Numbered from the stretch's first letter, positions 42,387-52,707 are shown. The stretch is DNA of 64,000 nt from Thermodesulfobacteriota bacterium (GCA_965223335.1 OZ244991.1:1888001-1952000); one strand, 5' to 3'. The notes: generated from the sequence alone by a model not told the origin. Numbers and translations are program-made.

Positions 42387-43199
42387 TTAGTTGTTGTCGG
42401 TGTCGTTTATGTCTGAGATTAATCTCATGGCGAAACGTCTGTTGATATACCAGTCGGCGTAGAAAGTCGGGGTTTTTTCCTGAAGGAACTCTATTAATAT
42501 TGAGCGGGCTTCTTCGTACTTTTCCTGTTTCATTAGGTTCATACCCAGGTATAGCTTAGCAGTTGTTAAATGAGGGTCAATGGACAGCGCCCTCCTGAGG
42601 TAGATCTCGGATATGAACAGGTCGCCGCCCACAAAGCTGGGCAGGTGCTGGTAGAGTGCACCGTACATTGCCAGGCCGTAGGTGTGGTTGGGATCGAGCT
42701 CTAAGATTAGATCGAGCTTCTCGCGAATTTCGCCAAGCATAAATAATGACCTGAACACACCCTTTGTGTCGCCGAGTGATGCGAGATTGGCAACGTAGTA
42801 GAACTGGGTGTCGGGGTTATTGGGATCGAGAGCTATGGCTTTCTGAGCTGCGCTCTTTCCGTTTTCAAATACGCGTATCATTTCCTTTTTGGTAGGGGCT
42901 TTGGCGTAACCGTAGGTTAACCACGCACGTGATAAGAGGAGTAGAGCCTCTAGGTTATCGGGATCATTGCTAAGAGTCTCGGATATGATCTCTATCGAAC
43001 TGTCTATGTTGGCTGAATCTAGATGATATTGGAGTAGGATCTGTTTTGCATAGGCCAAATCTTGTGAGGGTTTTTCTGGGGTTTTGGATTGCCAATGGTT
43101 AATCGCAAACGAGTCGTGCGTGAAAAATTGAGAGGGGGCTATCAATATGATAGCTATGGCAATGAAACGTAGATAGTTAATCTTGTGTGGTTTGATCAA
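42387..43199 (-). CDS. Secreted TPR protein (TatT-like)
   Basis: Signal peptide; AQKAIALDPNN, GALYQHLPSFVGGD, RRALSIDP. Confidence 0.75.
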   Translation of the reverse strand: MIKPHKINYLRFIAIAIILIAPSQFFTHDSFAINHWQSKTPEKPSQDLAYAKQILLQYHLDSANIDSSIEIISETLSNDPDNLEALLLLSRAWLTYGYAKAPTKKEMIRVFENGKSAAQKAIALDPNNPDTQFYYVANLASLGDTKGVFRSLFMLGEIREKLDLILELDPNHTYGLAMYGALYQHLPSFVGGDLFISEIYLRRALSIDPHLTTAKLYLGMNLMKQEKYEEARSILIEFLQEKTPTFYADWYINRRFAMRLISDINDTDNN

Positions 43200-43208
43200 C
43201 GTTCTATA

Positions 43209-44234
43209 TTACATGCTGAATTGATTTATATTCTCTAAAGTATTATATATGAGTCTGATTGTATTTTCGATATCTTTTTTATATGCCAGGCAGCTTGGGC
43301 TATGGAGGTAGCGCACGGGTGTCGATACCACAGCGGCACGGCTGCCTTTCCCGGTAACCTGCATTGCGGTGGCATTGGTGCTCCCCGCTTTTTTCACTGT
43401 GACCTGATATGGTATTTTTTTCTTTTTGGCAAGGTCCATTATGAAGTAGCTAAAGGGCCTATGTGCAACCAAAAAGCGGTCGGAAAGCCTAATCTCAGGG
43501 CCTTTATTTGTATTGGCCATGGTCTTGTGGCTCGGGATGCCTGGGATGTCCATGGCAACGGTGCCCTCTAGAGCAACTACAAAATCGGGCTCGTACACAG
43601 GCGTGATCACACGTGCTCCCCTAAGTCCTACCTCTTCCTGCACGGTCGCAGTTACATAAAGATCGCACTTCAGTTTTGGTTTTCTCTTAAGTGCCTCGAT
43701 AATTACAAATAGCCCGACCCTGTCGTCTATGGCCTTTGATATGACAGCATCGTCGGTCTCCTCGAACGGGTCGTAAAATGATACGAGATCGCCTATATTG
43801 ACTAGCTTGTGTACTTTTGAGGCACTAAGCCCCAGGTCGAGCACACAGTCCTCAACCTCGGGGACCTCCTTGTTGTTAGTGTTGCGGCTTATGTGAGGGG
43901 GGATAGCGGCTACCATCCCGACCAGTGTTTTCTTGCCGTAAACCCGAAGCCTCTGCCCATAGAACACTCGCGGGTCCATTCCGCCAAGCGGGGTTAGCCT
44001 AAGAAACCCGTCCTTGTCTACATGGTTGACCATAAACCCTACTTCATCAGTGTGGGCGTCTAAGACAAGTTTTGGCCCGTTGCCCGGGATGTGTGCGATT
44101 ATATTCCCTAAAGCGTCTTCTTTAATATCCTTTGTAAAGGGCTTTAGTGCAGAGGTTACGATTTTTTTAACCGGGTCCTCTGCGCCCGGGAGCCCGGGGG
44201 CTTCGCATAGCTGCTTTAGTAGTTTTAGATCCAT
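43209..44234 (-). CDS. M42 family metallo-aminopeptidase
   Basis: AHTDEVG, KAIDDR, QEEVGLRGA, RYLHS. Confidence 0.93.
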   Translation of the reverse strand: MDLKLLKQLCEAPGLPGAEDPVKKIVTSALKPFTKDIKEDALGNIIAHIPGNGPKLVLDAHTDEVGFMVNHVDKDGFLRLTPLGGMDPRVFYGQRLRVYGKKTLVGMVAAIPPHISRNTNNKEVPEVEDCVLDLGLSASKVHKLVNIGDLVSFYDPFEETDDAVISKAIDDRVGLFVIIEALKRKPKLKCDLYVTATVQEEVGLRGARVITPVYEPDFVVALEGTVAMDIPGIPSHKTMANTNKGPEIRLSDRFLVAHRPFSYFIMDLAKKKKIPYQVTVKKAGSTNATAMQVTGKGSRAAVVSTPVRYLHSPSCLAYKKDIENTIRLIYNTLENINQFSM

Positions 44235-44348
44235 GATGGCCTCTGAGTATAACCAAGGCTCTTTTTATTTCCAGTCTCAAATGTACTTGAGAGCTGATAC
44301 TTGTTGTGCTGAAATCGCATCGTAGATTTGATACGATAATAAATGGTT

Positions 44349-45083
44349 CTATAAACCCCACCCGCCGCTAAGCTGTATATTGGCGCCGTTTACGTACCGG
44401 GCTTGGTCGGATAGGAGAAATAGCGCAGTTTGCACAGCATCCTCAGTCTCGCCGATGTAACCTGCGGGGATCCGCTTTACCATACTATTTAGTTCTTGTT
44501 CGGGTGCACTGCCTGAATTTATAAACCCCGGGGATATTGCGTTTACGGTGATGCCGTAGGGGGCGAGCTGGCGAGCAAATGCACGGGTCAGCATAAGCAC
44601 CCCGGCTTTAGCTATGTAGTGAGCAGTGATCTCTGTTTGTGCTATGAGCTTATCGGCATTGGCCATACTAAAATTTATTATCCTGCCCGAGCCCCTTTCC
44701 TTCATACCGTCTGCTACGGCCCTCGAGGTATAAAACACAGGGTGCAGGTTGTTGTCGAACATTGAGTTCCAGCCCTCCACTGTTTCTTCCATGAGATTTA
44801 CCCGATGATAGGGGCCCGCGCAGTTAATAAGGGCCTCAACACTGCCTAATTCATTCTCTACGTTTTTTATTAATACGTTTACCGCATTGGGGTCAGATAC
44901 GTCACATTGCTCCGAGTATCCCCTACCGCCGGATTTGTTTATCAGGTCCACGGTGTGTTGGGCATCGTCACGGCTGGTCCGGTAACAAACAGCAACGGAC
45001 CAGCCCCTCTCCCCGAGTCCTTTAGCTATGGCTTGGCCGATCCCCCTGGCACCGCCTGTTATCAAAGCAACTTTTGTATCCAT
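44349..45083 (-). CDS. Short-chain dehydrogenase/reductase, atypical (pteridine-reductase-like)
   Basis: TGGARGIG, INCAG, VNAISPG; HxxxK in place of YxxxK. Confidence 0.88.
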   Translation of the reverse strand: MDTKVALITGGARGIGQAIAKGLGERGWSVAVCYRTSRDDAQHTVDLINKSGGRGYSEQCDVSDPNAVNVLIKNVENELGSVEALINCAGPYHRVNLMEETVEGWNSMFDNNLHPVFYTSRAVADGMKERGSGRIINFSMANADKLIAQTEITAHYIAKAGVLMLTRAFARQLAPYGITVNAISPGFINSGSAPEQELNSMVKRIPAGYIGETEDAVQTALFLLSDQARYVNGANIQLSGGWGL

Positions 45084-45218
45084 CTTTTTTAGCTCCTATC
45101 TGTAATGACCATAAAATATTAATCCAAGGGTTTAAAAATTACGAGTCAATTAGTATAATGGTCAAAACCTAGGGAGGGACTAATACAGTTACCAATTAAT
45201 GTAGGAGACCAGCAGAGA

Positions 45219-45875
45219 GTGAAGATAATAAACATTGTGGATATACACGGCAATGTATCGCCGATAAATAAGATAGGTGATCTGGTAAGTAGTGCGGACC
45301 TGGTGCTTGTGGCGGGGGATGTTACTAATTTCGGGAGGCGACAAGAGGCAGAGGATGTGATTGGCGGGATAACAAAATACAATGAAAACGTATTTGCAGT
45401 AACCGGGAACTGTGATTACCAAGAGGTGGACGATTACCTGACCGAAAACGATATGAACCTCCACGGGCTGCATAAAACAATGGGGAATGTATCGTTTTTC
45501 GGCGCAGGCGGATCGCTAGAATGCCCGAGTCCCACACCCAATATATATACCGAACAGGAGTTTCGTAACATACTCGAGGCCGGGATCGCGGAGAGTCCTC
45601 CAGACAATATAAACCTGATGGTCTGTCATCAGCCTCCGATAGACACCACAAACGATACACTTACCGACGGTACACACGTGGGCAGTGAAGCTATCCGGGA
45701 GTTTATTGAACAGCATTCGCCGGACATTTGCTTTACGGGTCATATACATGAGGCCCCGGGGATAGACGAGATCGGGGCTACGAAAATTGTGAACCCCGGG
45801 CCCCTGGGCACAAGACACTATACCTATATCGAAATAGGGGACAGTATAGATGTATTGGAGATTAGGAAATTCTAG
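45219..45875 (+). CDS. Calcineurin-like metallophosphoesterase (Icc-related)
   Basis: DIH, GD, GNCD, HQPP, GHIHE. Confidence 0.92.
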   Translation: MKIINIVDIHGNVSPINKIGDLVSSADLVLVAGDVTNFGRRQEAEDVIGGITKYNENVFAVTGNCDYQEVDDYLTENDMNLHGLHKTMGNVSFFGAGGSLECPSPTPNIYTEQEFRNILEAGIAESPPDNINLMVCHQPPIDTTNDTLTDGTHVGSEAIREFIEQHSPDICFTGHIHEAPGIDEIGATKIVNPGPLGTRHYTYIEIGDSIDVLEIRKF

Positions 45876-45933
45876 ACATTGCGATAAGAGATGAGATCTT
45901 AGAGTCACAACTTTTCAATTTTCATGAAAAATT

Positions 45934-46224
45934 ATGAACAATTTTAACAGGGTGTTTGGAGGGGTTTGGCCCATTGCCGCTATTATAATTGCACTTTGGA
46001 TGACCCAGAGGGGCTGTATCGATTTAGGCCGGGGAGAGAAGGATATTGCCTGGCTCATCCCGATTCTTATTTACACATTGGTGTATACAGTTGCATATGT
46101 AATCTGTACAAAAATGAAAGTAAGCGTAATTAAGTCGATATTGATATCGTCGGTGTTGGGATTTGTAATATTGGTTTTGGTGACGGTGCTTTTCGCCGAT
46201 CTTATGGGTGTTAAGTTGGAATAA
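45934..46224 (+). CDS. Small membrane protein (about 3 TM)
   Basis: Three hydrophobic segments; fills the gap before a terminator. Confidence 0.6.
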   Translation: MNNFNRVFGGVWPIAAIIIALWMTQRGCIDLGRGEKDIAWLIPILIYTLVYTVAYVICTKMKVSVIKSILISSVLGFVILVLVTVLFADLMGVKLE

Positions 46225-46249
46225 AAAGGGGTGCACTATAGCACACCCC
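46223..46249 (-). terminator. Rho-independent terminator of yceI
   Basis: Minus strand GGGGTGTGC-TATAGT-GCACCCC-TTTTT (bulged stem). Confidence 0.65.
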
Positions 46250-46268
46250 ATACACTCTTTACTAACAA

Positions 46269-46889
46269 TCAACCCTGTTTCTTGATGCCTTCGATTTCAA
46301 GTACAATTTTGACCTCGTCCCCCACTAATAGACCGCCTGTTTCTAAAACATCATTCCACACGAGACCGAAATCTTTGCGATCGATTTTTGTAGAAGCGGT
46401 AAATGCTGTGCGGTCAAATCCCCATGGGTCTTTGGGCACATGCCCCTCATACACTGCATCTAGTTCCACTGACTTTGTAACGCCATGAATGGTGAGATCA
46501 CCGACTATTGTAAAATTATCGTCGCTACCTTTTTTAACTTCTTTGCTTACGAAAGTGATCTCGGGGTATTTCTCTACATCGAGGAAATCTTCGGACCTTA
46601 GGTGTTTGTCCCTCTTTTGTTTATTGGTATTTACGCTGTTTGCAACAATCTTGGTTTCTACTTTTGAGTTCTCGAGATTGTCTCTGTCAAGTGTGTAAGC
46701 ACCTTCGAATAGGTCAAACCTGCCGGTTACAGTGCTGATACCCATATGCTTTACCTTGAACATGACCTGGCTGTGATCGGGGTCGATCATGTATTCGGCG
46801 GCTTGTGCCAAATCTATGGTGGGTGCCGTCATGAGGGTCGTAAGTCCTAGAAATAACAATGAAACAATGCTCTTTTTAATCAAAGACAT
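46269..46889 (-). CDS. yceI: YceI polyisoprenoid-binding protein
   Basis: Signal peptide; IDPDHS, KHMGISTVTGRF, RDKHLRSEDF, GDLTIHGVTK, IDRKDFG. Confidence 0.94.
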   Translation of the reverse strand: MSLIKKSIVSLLFLGLTTLMTAPTIDLAQAAEYMIDPDHSQVMFKVKHMGISTVTGRFDLFEGAYTLDRDNLENSKVETKIVANSVNTNKQKRDKHLRSEDFLDVEKYPEITFVSKEVKKGSDDNFTIVGDLTIHGVTKSVELDAVYEGHVPKDPWGFDRTAFTASTKIDRKDFGLVWNDVLETGGLLVGDEVKIVLEIEGIKKQG

Positions 46890-47038
46890 GTGTTACTACC
46901 TCCAAAGTTGTATTTAATTTAATTCAGATGACTCTGAATGTTCAATAGATTCATAAAATAACCTACGATCTTGGAATTGCTATCAATTTTTCAGTATCTT
47001 ATCTCTCAGTAACCAGAGATTGTTAAAGGGGTATTAAA

Positions 47039-47527
47039 ATGGGAAATATTACTGTACGGCATGCAAAAGCGGGAGATGGTTCATCGATGGCTGAGATACT
47101 GCGAGAGATCGGGTGGTCGGAGAGGCGTAACAGCATGGAGCTTGGGGAAGTAGCGGGGCCTATTGAGGAATTAATCAATGTCACCTGTACAGATAGCGAA
47201 GGGCACAGCATGCTGGTTGCAGTGGATGAGGGGGACAAGGTGCTAGGGTTTACAAACGTACACTGGGTGCCGTTTGTGATGCTCGGGAGTTACGAGGGCT
47301 ATGTGTCGGATCTGTTTGTGAGCCCGTCCTCAAGCGGAAGGGGAGTGGGCCAGGCGCTATTATCGCAGGTAATGGACGAGGGGAAAAAGAGGGGGTGCAT
47401 GAGATTAATGGTCACAAACGGGAAAGAGAAAATGTCGTATAAGCTGGGGTTTTATAAGAAAATGGGGTGGACCGAGAGGCCGCTTGTGGCAAATTTTGTT
47501 TACTATTACAGAGATCCGTGGTCGTAG
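47039..47527 (+). CDS. GNAT family acetyltransferase
   Basis: VSDLFVSPSSSGRGVGQALL, FYKKMGW. Confidence 0.9.
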   Translation: MGNITVRHAKAGDGSSMAEILREIGWSERRNSMELGEVAGPIEELINVTCTDSEGHSMLVAVDEGDKVLGFTNVHWVPFVMLGSYEGYVSDLFVSPSSSGRGVGQALLSQVMDEGKKRGCMRLMVTNGKEKMSYKLGFYKKMGWTERPLVANFVYYYRDPWS

Positions 47528-47529
47528 AA

Positions 47530-48183
47530 TCAGTACTTTGAAATGTACTCGTACATGAGCCAGAAGTGGCAGAAACTGCCTAACATAACAAATACATGGA
47601 AAATCTCGTGTGAGCCTATAAAGTTGGGCCAGGGATTGGGACGGCCCAATGCATAGATGACGGCACCAATCGTATAGAAAACCCCACCGATAAATAACCA
47701 CAACGACCCCCCGACTTTAAGTGCATCGATTATAGGAAAGAGATAGATTAGCGCTATCCAGCCTGTCAACACATAAAGCGATGCGGAGAGCCACTTTGGT
47801 GCATATAGCCAGTAGATCTTCATTAAAATTCCGAGCACTGCCAATGTCCAGATTAAAGCCAATAGGCTCCAGCCGTAAAACCCCTTGAGCGCTATTAAAC
47901 AGATCGGAGTGTAGGTGGATGCGATAAAAACGAATATCATTTTGTGATCAAGCCGTTTTAGACGAGATATCGCTTCGTCGGATAAATAGAGCGTGTGATA
48001 AATCGTGCTGGCTGCGTACACAAAAATCATACCCGCACCGAATATGCTGAATGTCACTATGTTGAGGGGTTTTACTTCGGGGTATACAGACACATATATA
48101 AGCACAATTAACCCTATAATAGCCAGGACACATGCTATGAAGTGGGTTAATGCGTTTACGGGCTCGCGGGCTAGATTCATCAT
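47530..48183 (-). CDS. Hemolysin III/PAQR family membrane protein (TrhA-like)
   Basis: EPVNALTH, STIYH, RLDHKMIF, HEIFHVFV. Confidence 0.92.
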   Translation of the reverse strand: MMNLAREPVNALTHFIACVLAIIGLIVLIYVSVYPEVKPLNIVTFSIFGAGMIFVYAASTIYHTLYLSDEAISRLKRLDHKMIFVFIASTYTPICLIALKGFYGWSLLALIWTLAVLGILMKIYWLYAPKWLSASLYVLTGWIALIYLFPIIDALKVGGSLWLFIGGVFYTIGAVIYALGRPNPWPNFIGSHEIFHVFVMLGSFCHFWLMYEYISKY

Positions 48184-48474
48184 AATATACTTTAATTATG
48201 TCCTATAACAATCTGTTGCTATTGTATTATATAAAGCATAACTTCAAATCTCTATATATGTATCTAGTTAGTCTTTTTTTGCAACCCTGTGATATATACC
48301 ATACTGGATCTATATGTCTATCAAATGCATAATTTGAGGACACGTTAATAGGATATTTGTATTTATATCATATTTTTTGGTCGGTGCGGTGAAAAATCTA
48401 TTGATTCTAAATGCAAAGTATTCTAGAATTCACTGTAAGATTAGGATTTAATTTCAATACTTAGCCAAGACCAA

Positions 48475-50358
48475 ATGAAGCTGTTATTGATCAACCCAAG
48501 GTTCCCTGAGAGTTTTTGGAGTTTTAAATGGGCAGTGGATAACATCATGCCCGCAGATATAAGGACTATAAACCCTCCCTTGGGGTTAGCTACGCTTGCG
48601 GCCTTAAGTCCCCAGGATTGGGAAATCGAGATAATAGACGAGAACGTGGAGAGTATTCCGCTTGAGCCCGATGCCGATATAATCGGGATATGCGGGATGG
48701 GTGTGCAGTTTAAACGCCAGGGGGAGTTGCTTAGTTTTTATAAAAAGAGCGGATACTATGTCGTTGCGGGCGGTAGTTACGCATCGCTCTGCCCAGAGTA
48801 TTATACGGAGTCGGCAGACACTGTGGTTGCGGGCGAGGCCGAGTATATATGGGGGGAGTTTTGTCGGGATTTTGAGAACGGAACACCGAAAAGCCTTTAC
48901 AAAGAGTGTGGGGAGGTATCGCTTGAGGATTCACCGGTGCCTAGGTTTGACCTCTTAAAACTCGATAGATACCAGGCTGTAAGCCTTCAGTTCTCAAGGG
49001 GCTGTCCGTACCGCTGCGAGTTCTGCGATATTATTGTGATGTTCGGTAGAAAGCCGCGCGTCAAATCGTTTGAGCAGGTCGGAAGGGAGCTGGACGAGCT
49101 GCGTAAGTATGGCATTACTAACGTATTCTTCGTAGACGACAACTTGATAGGGAATAAACCCGTAGCGAAAAAACTGATGGCGTTTCTGAGGGACTACCAG
49201 GCCGAACACGATTACGAATTCCTATTTGGCACCGAGGCCTCGCTCAATTTAGCGCAGGATGATGAGTTGTTGAATCTGTTTACAGAGGCGAATTTCGGCT
49301 GGGTATTCATAGGTATTGAGTCGCCGGATGAGGAGAGCCTTAAGGAAACTCTTAAATTCCAAAACACTAGATCCGATATACTCAGCTCGATCAGACACGT
49401 TTATTCATACGGCATAGAGGTGTTGGCCGGCTTTATAATCGGGTTTGACAACGATACCACGCGGACCTTTGATCTACAGTACGATTTTATTCAGAACTCG
49501 GGGATTCAGGCCGCAATGATTGGTCTGCTGACTGCGGTGCCAAAGACCCCGCTATATGAGCGGCTTGAGGAAGACGGTCGAATACTCAAGGATGCAAGCT
49601 CTACCGATAACACGAAACTAGGCACCAATTTCATCCCAAAACAGATGAGCTATGACGAGATGGTCACGGGGTATCGCGAGCTCTATTACAGGCTGCTTGA
49701 CGACGGTACAATCGCCGAGAGGGTTAAGAATAAGACCAAGTATTTGAAGGCCCCTATTTATAAAAACACCTATCCGCTTCACCAACAACTGGGTGCGATG
49801 GGGAAGTTTTTTGTGAAGGGCCTGTTGCCGGGCGGTTTTTCTCGCATTTATCACTTCATGCGCACGTTCCCGTATACTAAACCCGGTCAGCTGCCGCTGG
49901 TTGTGCAGGACTGGGCAGTGGGACTTGCGATGAAAGACTATGTAGACCGCCACTTTATTAGCGAGTACGAGAAAACCAACGGGCTTGCAAAGCGTTACTT
50001 TGGGTTGCTCGAGCAGGCATTTCGGCCTTATCAGAAGCACGGGGCTCTGGAATTTTCTCTAAACAAGGTCAAAAACACAGCACTCAATCTCTCGATATCG
50101 ATTAAGGGGTTATTGGACGGGGAATTTTTCTCAAATATTGCACCGCACCTTGAGGATGTGCTCAAAAACACCTCTTCATCCGTTACACTGAACATAGAGG
50201 AGTTCCACGAAACCGAGAGAAAACACCTGAACCAACTTCTCAACAGGCTCTCGTGCTATGGGGACCGCATTTACATAGCGGTAAATGAAAAATGGCGCCA
50301 TCAGTTAAAGATCGATTCCTCGGTTTTTAACCTGGTGCTAGAAGCCCAGCCGAGCTGA
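48475..50358 (+). CDS. B12-binding radical SAM protein (DUF4070, HpnP-related) with C-terminal extension
   Basis: NPRFPESFWSF, PPLGLATLA, SRGCPYRCEFCD, FFVDDN, GIES. Confidence 0.88.
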   Translation: MKLLLINPRFPESFWSFKWAVDNIMPADIRTINPPLGLATLAALSPQDWEIEIIDENVESIPLEPDADIIGICGMGVQFKRQGELLSFYKKSGYYVVAGGSYASLCPEYYTESADTVVAGEAEYIWGEFCRDFENGTPKSLYKECGEVSLEDSPVPRFDLLKLDRYQAVSLQFSRGCPYRCEFCDIIVMFGRKPRVKSFEQVGRELDELRKYGITNVFFVDDNLIGNKPVAKKLMAFLRDYQAEHDYEFLFGTEASLNLAQDDELLNLFTEANFGWVFIGIESPDEESLKETLKFQNTRSDILSSIRHVYSYGIEVLAGFIIGFDNDTTRTFDLQYDFIQNSGIQAAMIGLLTAVPKTPLYERLEEDGRILKDASSTDNTKLGTNFIPKQMSYDEMVTGYRELYYRLLDDGTIAERVKNKTKYLKAPIYKNTYPLHQQLGAMGKFFVKGLLPGGFSRIYHFMRTFPYTKPGQLPLVVQDWAVGLAMKDYVDRHFISEYEKTNGLAKRYFGLLEQAFRPYQKHGALEFSLNKVKNTALNLSISIKGLLDGEFFSNIAPHLEDVLKNTSSSVTLNIEEFHETERKHLNQLLNRLSCYGDRIYIAVNEKWRHQLKIDSSVFNLVLEAQPS

Positions 50359-50509
50359 GCGGGGTATATATCAACAGCTTTATAATTCGCTTCATAGAAC
50401 CATGTGTGTAAAACCGATATTTATTAAAAGCACGAGCTAGGACGGAGGTTGACAAGCCCGCAAAAATAGGGCAAAAATTTAGGGTGTTATTTGAGATAGG
50501 AGGCATTAA

Positions 50510-50824
50510 ATGCAAGCAGTAATTAAGACGGGCGGCAAGCAGTATAGTGTGAATACGGGTGACGTGATTCAGGTTGAGAAACTTGCCGGCAGTCCCGGGG
50601 ACGAAGTGGAGTTTAACGAAGTACTGTTGGTGTCCAACGATAAAGGCGATACGACAATAGGCAAGCCTTTTGTTGATAAGGCCCAGGTGAAGGGCAAGAT
50701 TATCGGCAATGAAAAGGGTAAGAAAGTAGTCGTGTTTAAGTTTAAAAGAAGAAAGGGATATAGAAAAAAGCAGGGACATCGTCAGACCTATACTCGGGTT
50801 GAAATTACGGATATTGTGAACTAG
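50510..50824 (+). CDS. rplU: 50S ribosomal protein L21
   Basis: KTGGKQY, KQGHRQ. Confidence 0.98.
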   Translation: MQAVIKTGGKQYSVNTGDVIQVEKLAGSPGDEVEFNEVLLVSNDKGDTTIGKPFVDKAQVKGKIIGNEKGKKVVVFKFKRRKGYRKKQGHRQTYTRVEITDIVN

Positions 50825-50839
50825 CAGGAGGCAAACTCT

Positions 50840-51103
50840 ATGTCTACAAAAAAAGGCGGCGGAAGTACCAGTAACGGCAGAGATTCTCGTGGCAAGAGAC
50901 TCGGAATAAAAAAATTTGGCGGCCAAGTTGTAAGGGCCGGCAACATACTGGCGCGTCAGAGAGGGACTAAATTCCACCCGGGCCGTAATGTTGGAATGGG
51001 GCGGGATTACACTCTATTTGCACTCGTAGACGGGGCGGTAGAGTTTCAGTCGTTTGCCAAGAATAAGACCAGAGTTAATGTAAATCCTGTTTCCACAGAT
51101 TAG
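50840..51103 (+). CDS. rpmA: 50S ribosomal protein L27
   Basis: [23 protein letters not shown]. Confidence 0.98.
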   Translation: MSTKKGGGSTSNGRDSRGKRLGIKKFGGQVVRAGNILARQRGTKFHPGRNVGMGRDYTLFALVDGAVEFQSFAKNKTRVNVNPVSTD

Positions 51104-51304
51104 TGTCTATATATAGCAGTCGGTAGATTCTCGTTATATCTCAAGCAGCTAAAATTGTCTTTTATCATAGGGTTATTTTAGAATTATTATCCAGTGGGCT
51201 TGTAGTTGAATAATAACGTTGGCTTTGGCGGGGAGCACAAATTCCCATCCGAGCAATAGCGCTGTAAGTTGGTATCCGATTTTTCATTTCTAGAGGGAGT
51301 GTTG

Positions 51305-52531
51305 ATGGATACGTCTGATATTAAGGGATTCTTAGGATCTAGAAACTCGATTATATTCATACTGGCATTTGTTGTCGTATCTCTTGTGGTAGCTCTATTT
51401 AACAATATATATATCAGTTCAAAGACTTGGGAGCTTAGGACCCAGGAGATTGCGGCTAAGATCAACACTAGCAACTCGGGGTTTGCCGACACGGCTAAGC
51501 GGGTAATGGATTCGGATGAAAACATACTGTTTATAAAACTCCTTGATGCAAACGGTGTTCTCCAAGAGAGTCTGGGTGCCGATAACGGGGAACCCGCAAA
51601 AAACGTGGTCGTAAACACTGCGGACTCTAACCAAGTAATACTGGGACTAAAAGACAACGGATCAACCACATTTAATATTCCATCGCTTTTCTGGAGTGTG
51701 CTGATCGGTGCAATTGTATCGTGTCTATTTTTAGTGATATTTTCGGTTTTCACACCGAGCAAACCTCAATTGCTGGACAAGTTGATTTCCGCGATGAAGA
51801 GGGTTGCTAGGGGGGATATGACAGCAAGGGTGGATACTGCAGGGGTTGTGAACGAAGATGTTATTTACCTAAGGACCTTTGAGGCCTTTAACCAGATGAT
51901 GGACAATTTCGGTGCCGAGGCCGAGGAGCAGTGGGACGAGCCTTTGTTCCAGCCCAGCGTGATCGACACACCTGAGTTAGAAGAGCATACTAGCACGCGC
52001 CATGTGACAGTGATGGTCGCTAAGATTGCAGATTTCCATGACCTCTCGACTGAGCTTGAGCCCGGGGAATTCAATGCATTTTTGTCTGAGTTTAGAAAAT
52101 CGGCCTCTTCTATAATCTCTGACTACGGCGGGGTCATAGAAGCGCTGTTAAAAGACGAGATCGTAGCGTTTTTCAACGCCCCTGATGAACTGGATAAACC
52201 GGAATTAAGAGCGGTGTGTTCGGCGGTGGAGGTGCTCCAGCTGCTGGCGTCGATGACCAAGGAGCGCAAGCTTGAGGGCAAGTCGGCCATAAGTGGCAAG
52301 ATAGGGATCGACTGGAGATCTCTCCAGTTTTTCGAGAACTCTTCAATCCCACAGGGGATACGGGACGTGACATCCAATGCGCGCAGTATAAGCGAGATCG
52401 CACCTCTGTGGAGGGTCATAGTGAAAACAGATTTCTACGAGCCGCTTAATGAATACATTGAGGTCAGGGAGCTTGTGTTAGGTGACGACTCTTACTATTC
52501 GGTCGTAGGGGTGGAGGAAGGCATAGTATAG
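51305..52531 (+). CDS. 2TM-HAMP protein with degenerate class III nucleotide cyclase domain
   Basis: Two TM helices; HAMP (LISAMKRVARGDMTARV...EAFNQMM); cyclase-like VTVMVAKIADF...YGGVIEALLKDEIVAFFNAP. Confidence 0.8.
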   Translation: MDTSDIKGFLGSRNSIIFILAFVVVSLVVALFNNIYISSKTWELRTQEIAAKINTSNSGFADTAKRVMDSDENILFIKLLDANGVLQESLGADNGEPAKNVVVNTADSNQVILGLKDNGSTTFNIPSLFWSVLIGAIVSCLFLVIFSVFTPSKPQLLDKLISAMKRVARGDMTARVDTAGVVNEDVIYLRTFEAFNQMMDNFGAEAEEQWDEPLFQPSVIDTPELEEHTSTRHVTVMVAKIADFHDLSTELEPGEFNAFLSEFRKSASSIISDYGGVIEALLKDEIVAFFNAPDELDKPELRAVCSAVEVLQLLASMTKERKLEGKSAISGKIGIDWRSLQFFENSSIPQGIRDVTSNARSISEIAPLWRVIVKTDFYEPLNEYIEVRELVLGDDSYYSVVGVEEGIV

Positions 52532-52707
52532 AATTCCAATTATACTCCGTTGTAACAAAGTGTAGCGGTCTACTAGATATCCGATACTAACCCACAGTAA
52601 TACTTATATTAAATCACGCCGAAACTCACACTCATATTGCTTGTCCCCAGAAAATATTATCGAGTTTGTCACTAAAAATAATGTAGTGTAACCTTCATTA
52701 ATTAACA

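Noticed and set aside
51187..51250. SAM-I riboswitch-like fragments (TTATCCAG...GCACAAATTCC)
   Set aside because: Lacks the GAGGGA/GGCCC kink-turn and pseudoknot and the GCAACC core; downstream gene is unrelated to sulfur metabolism
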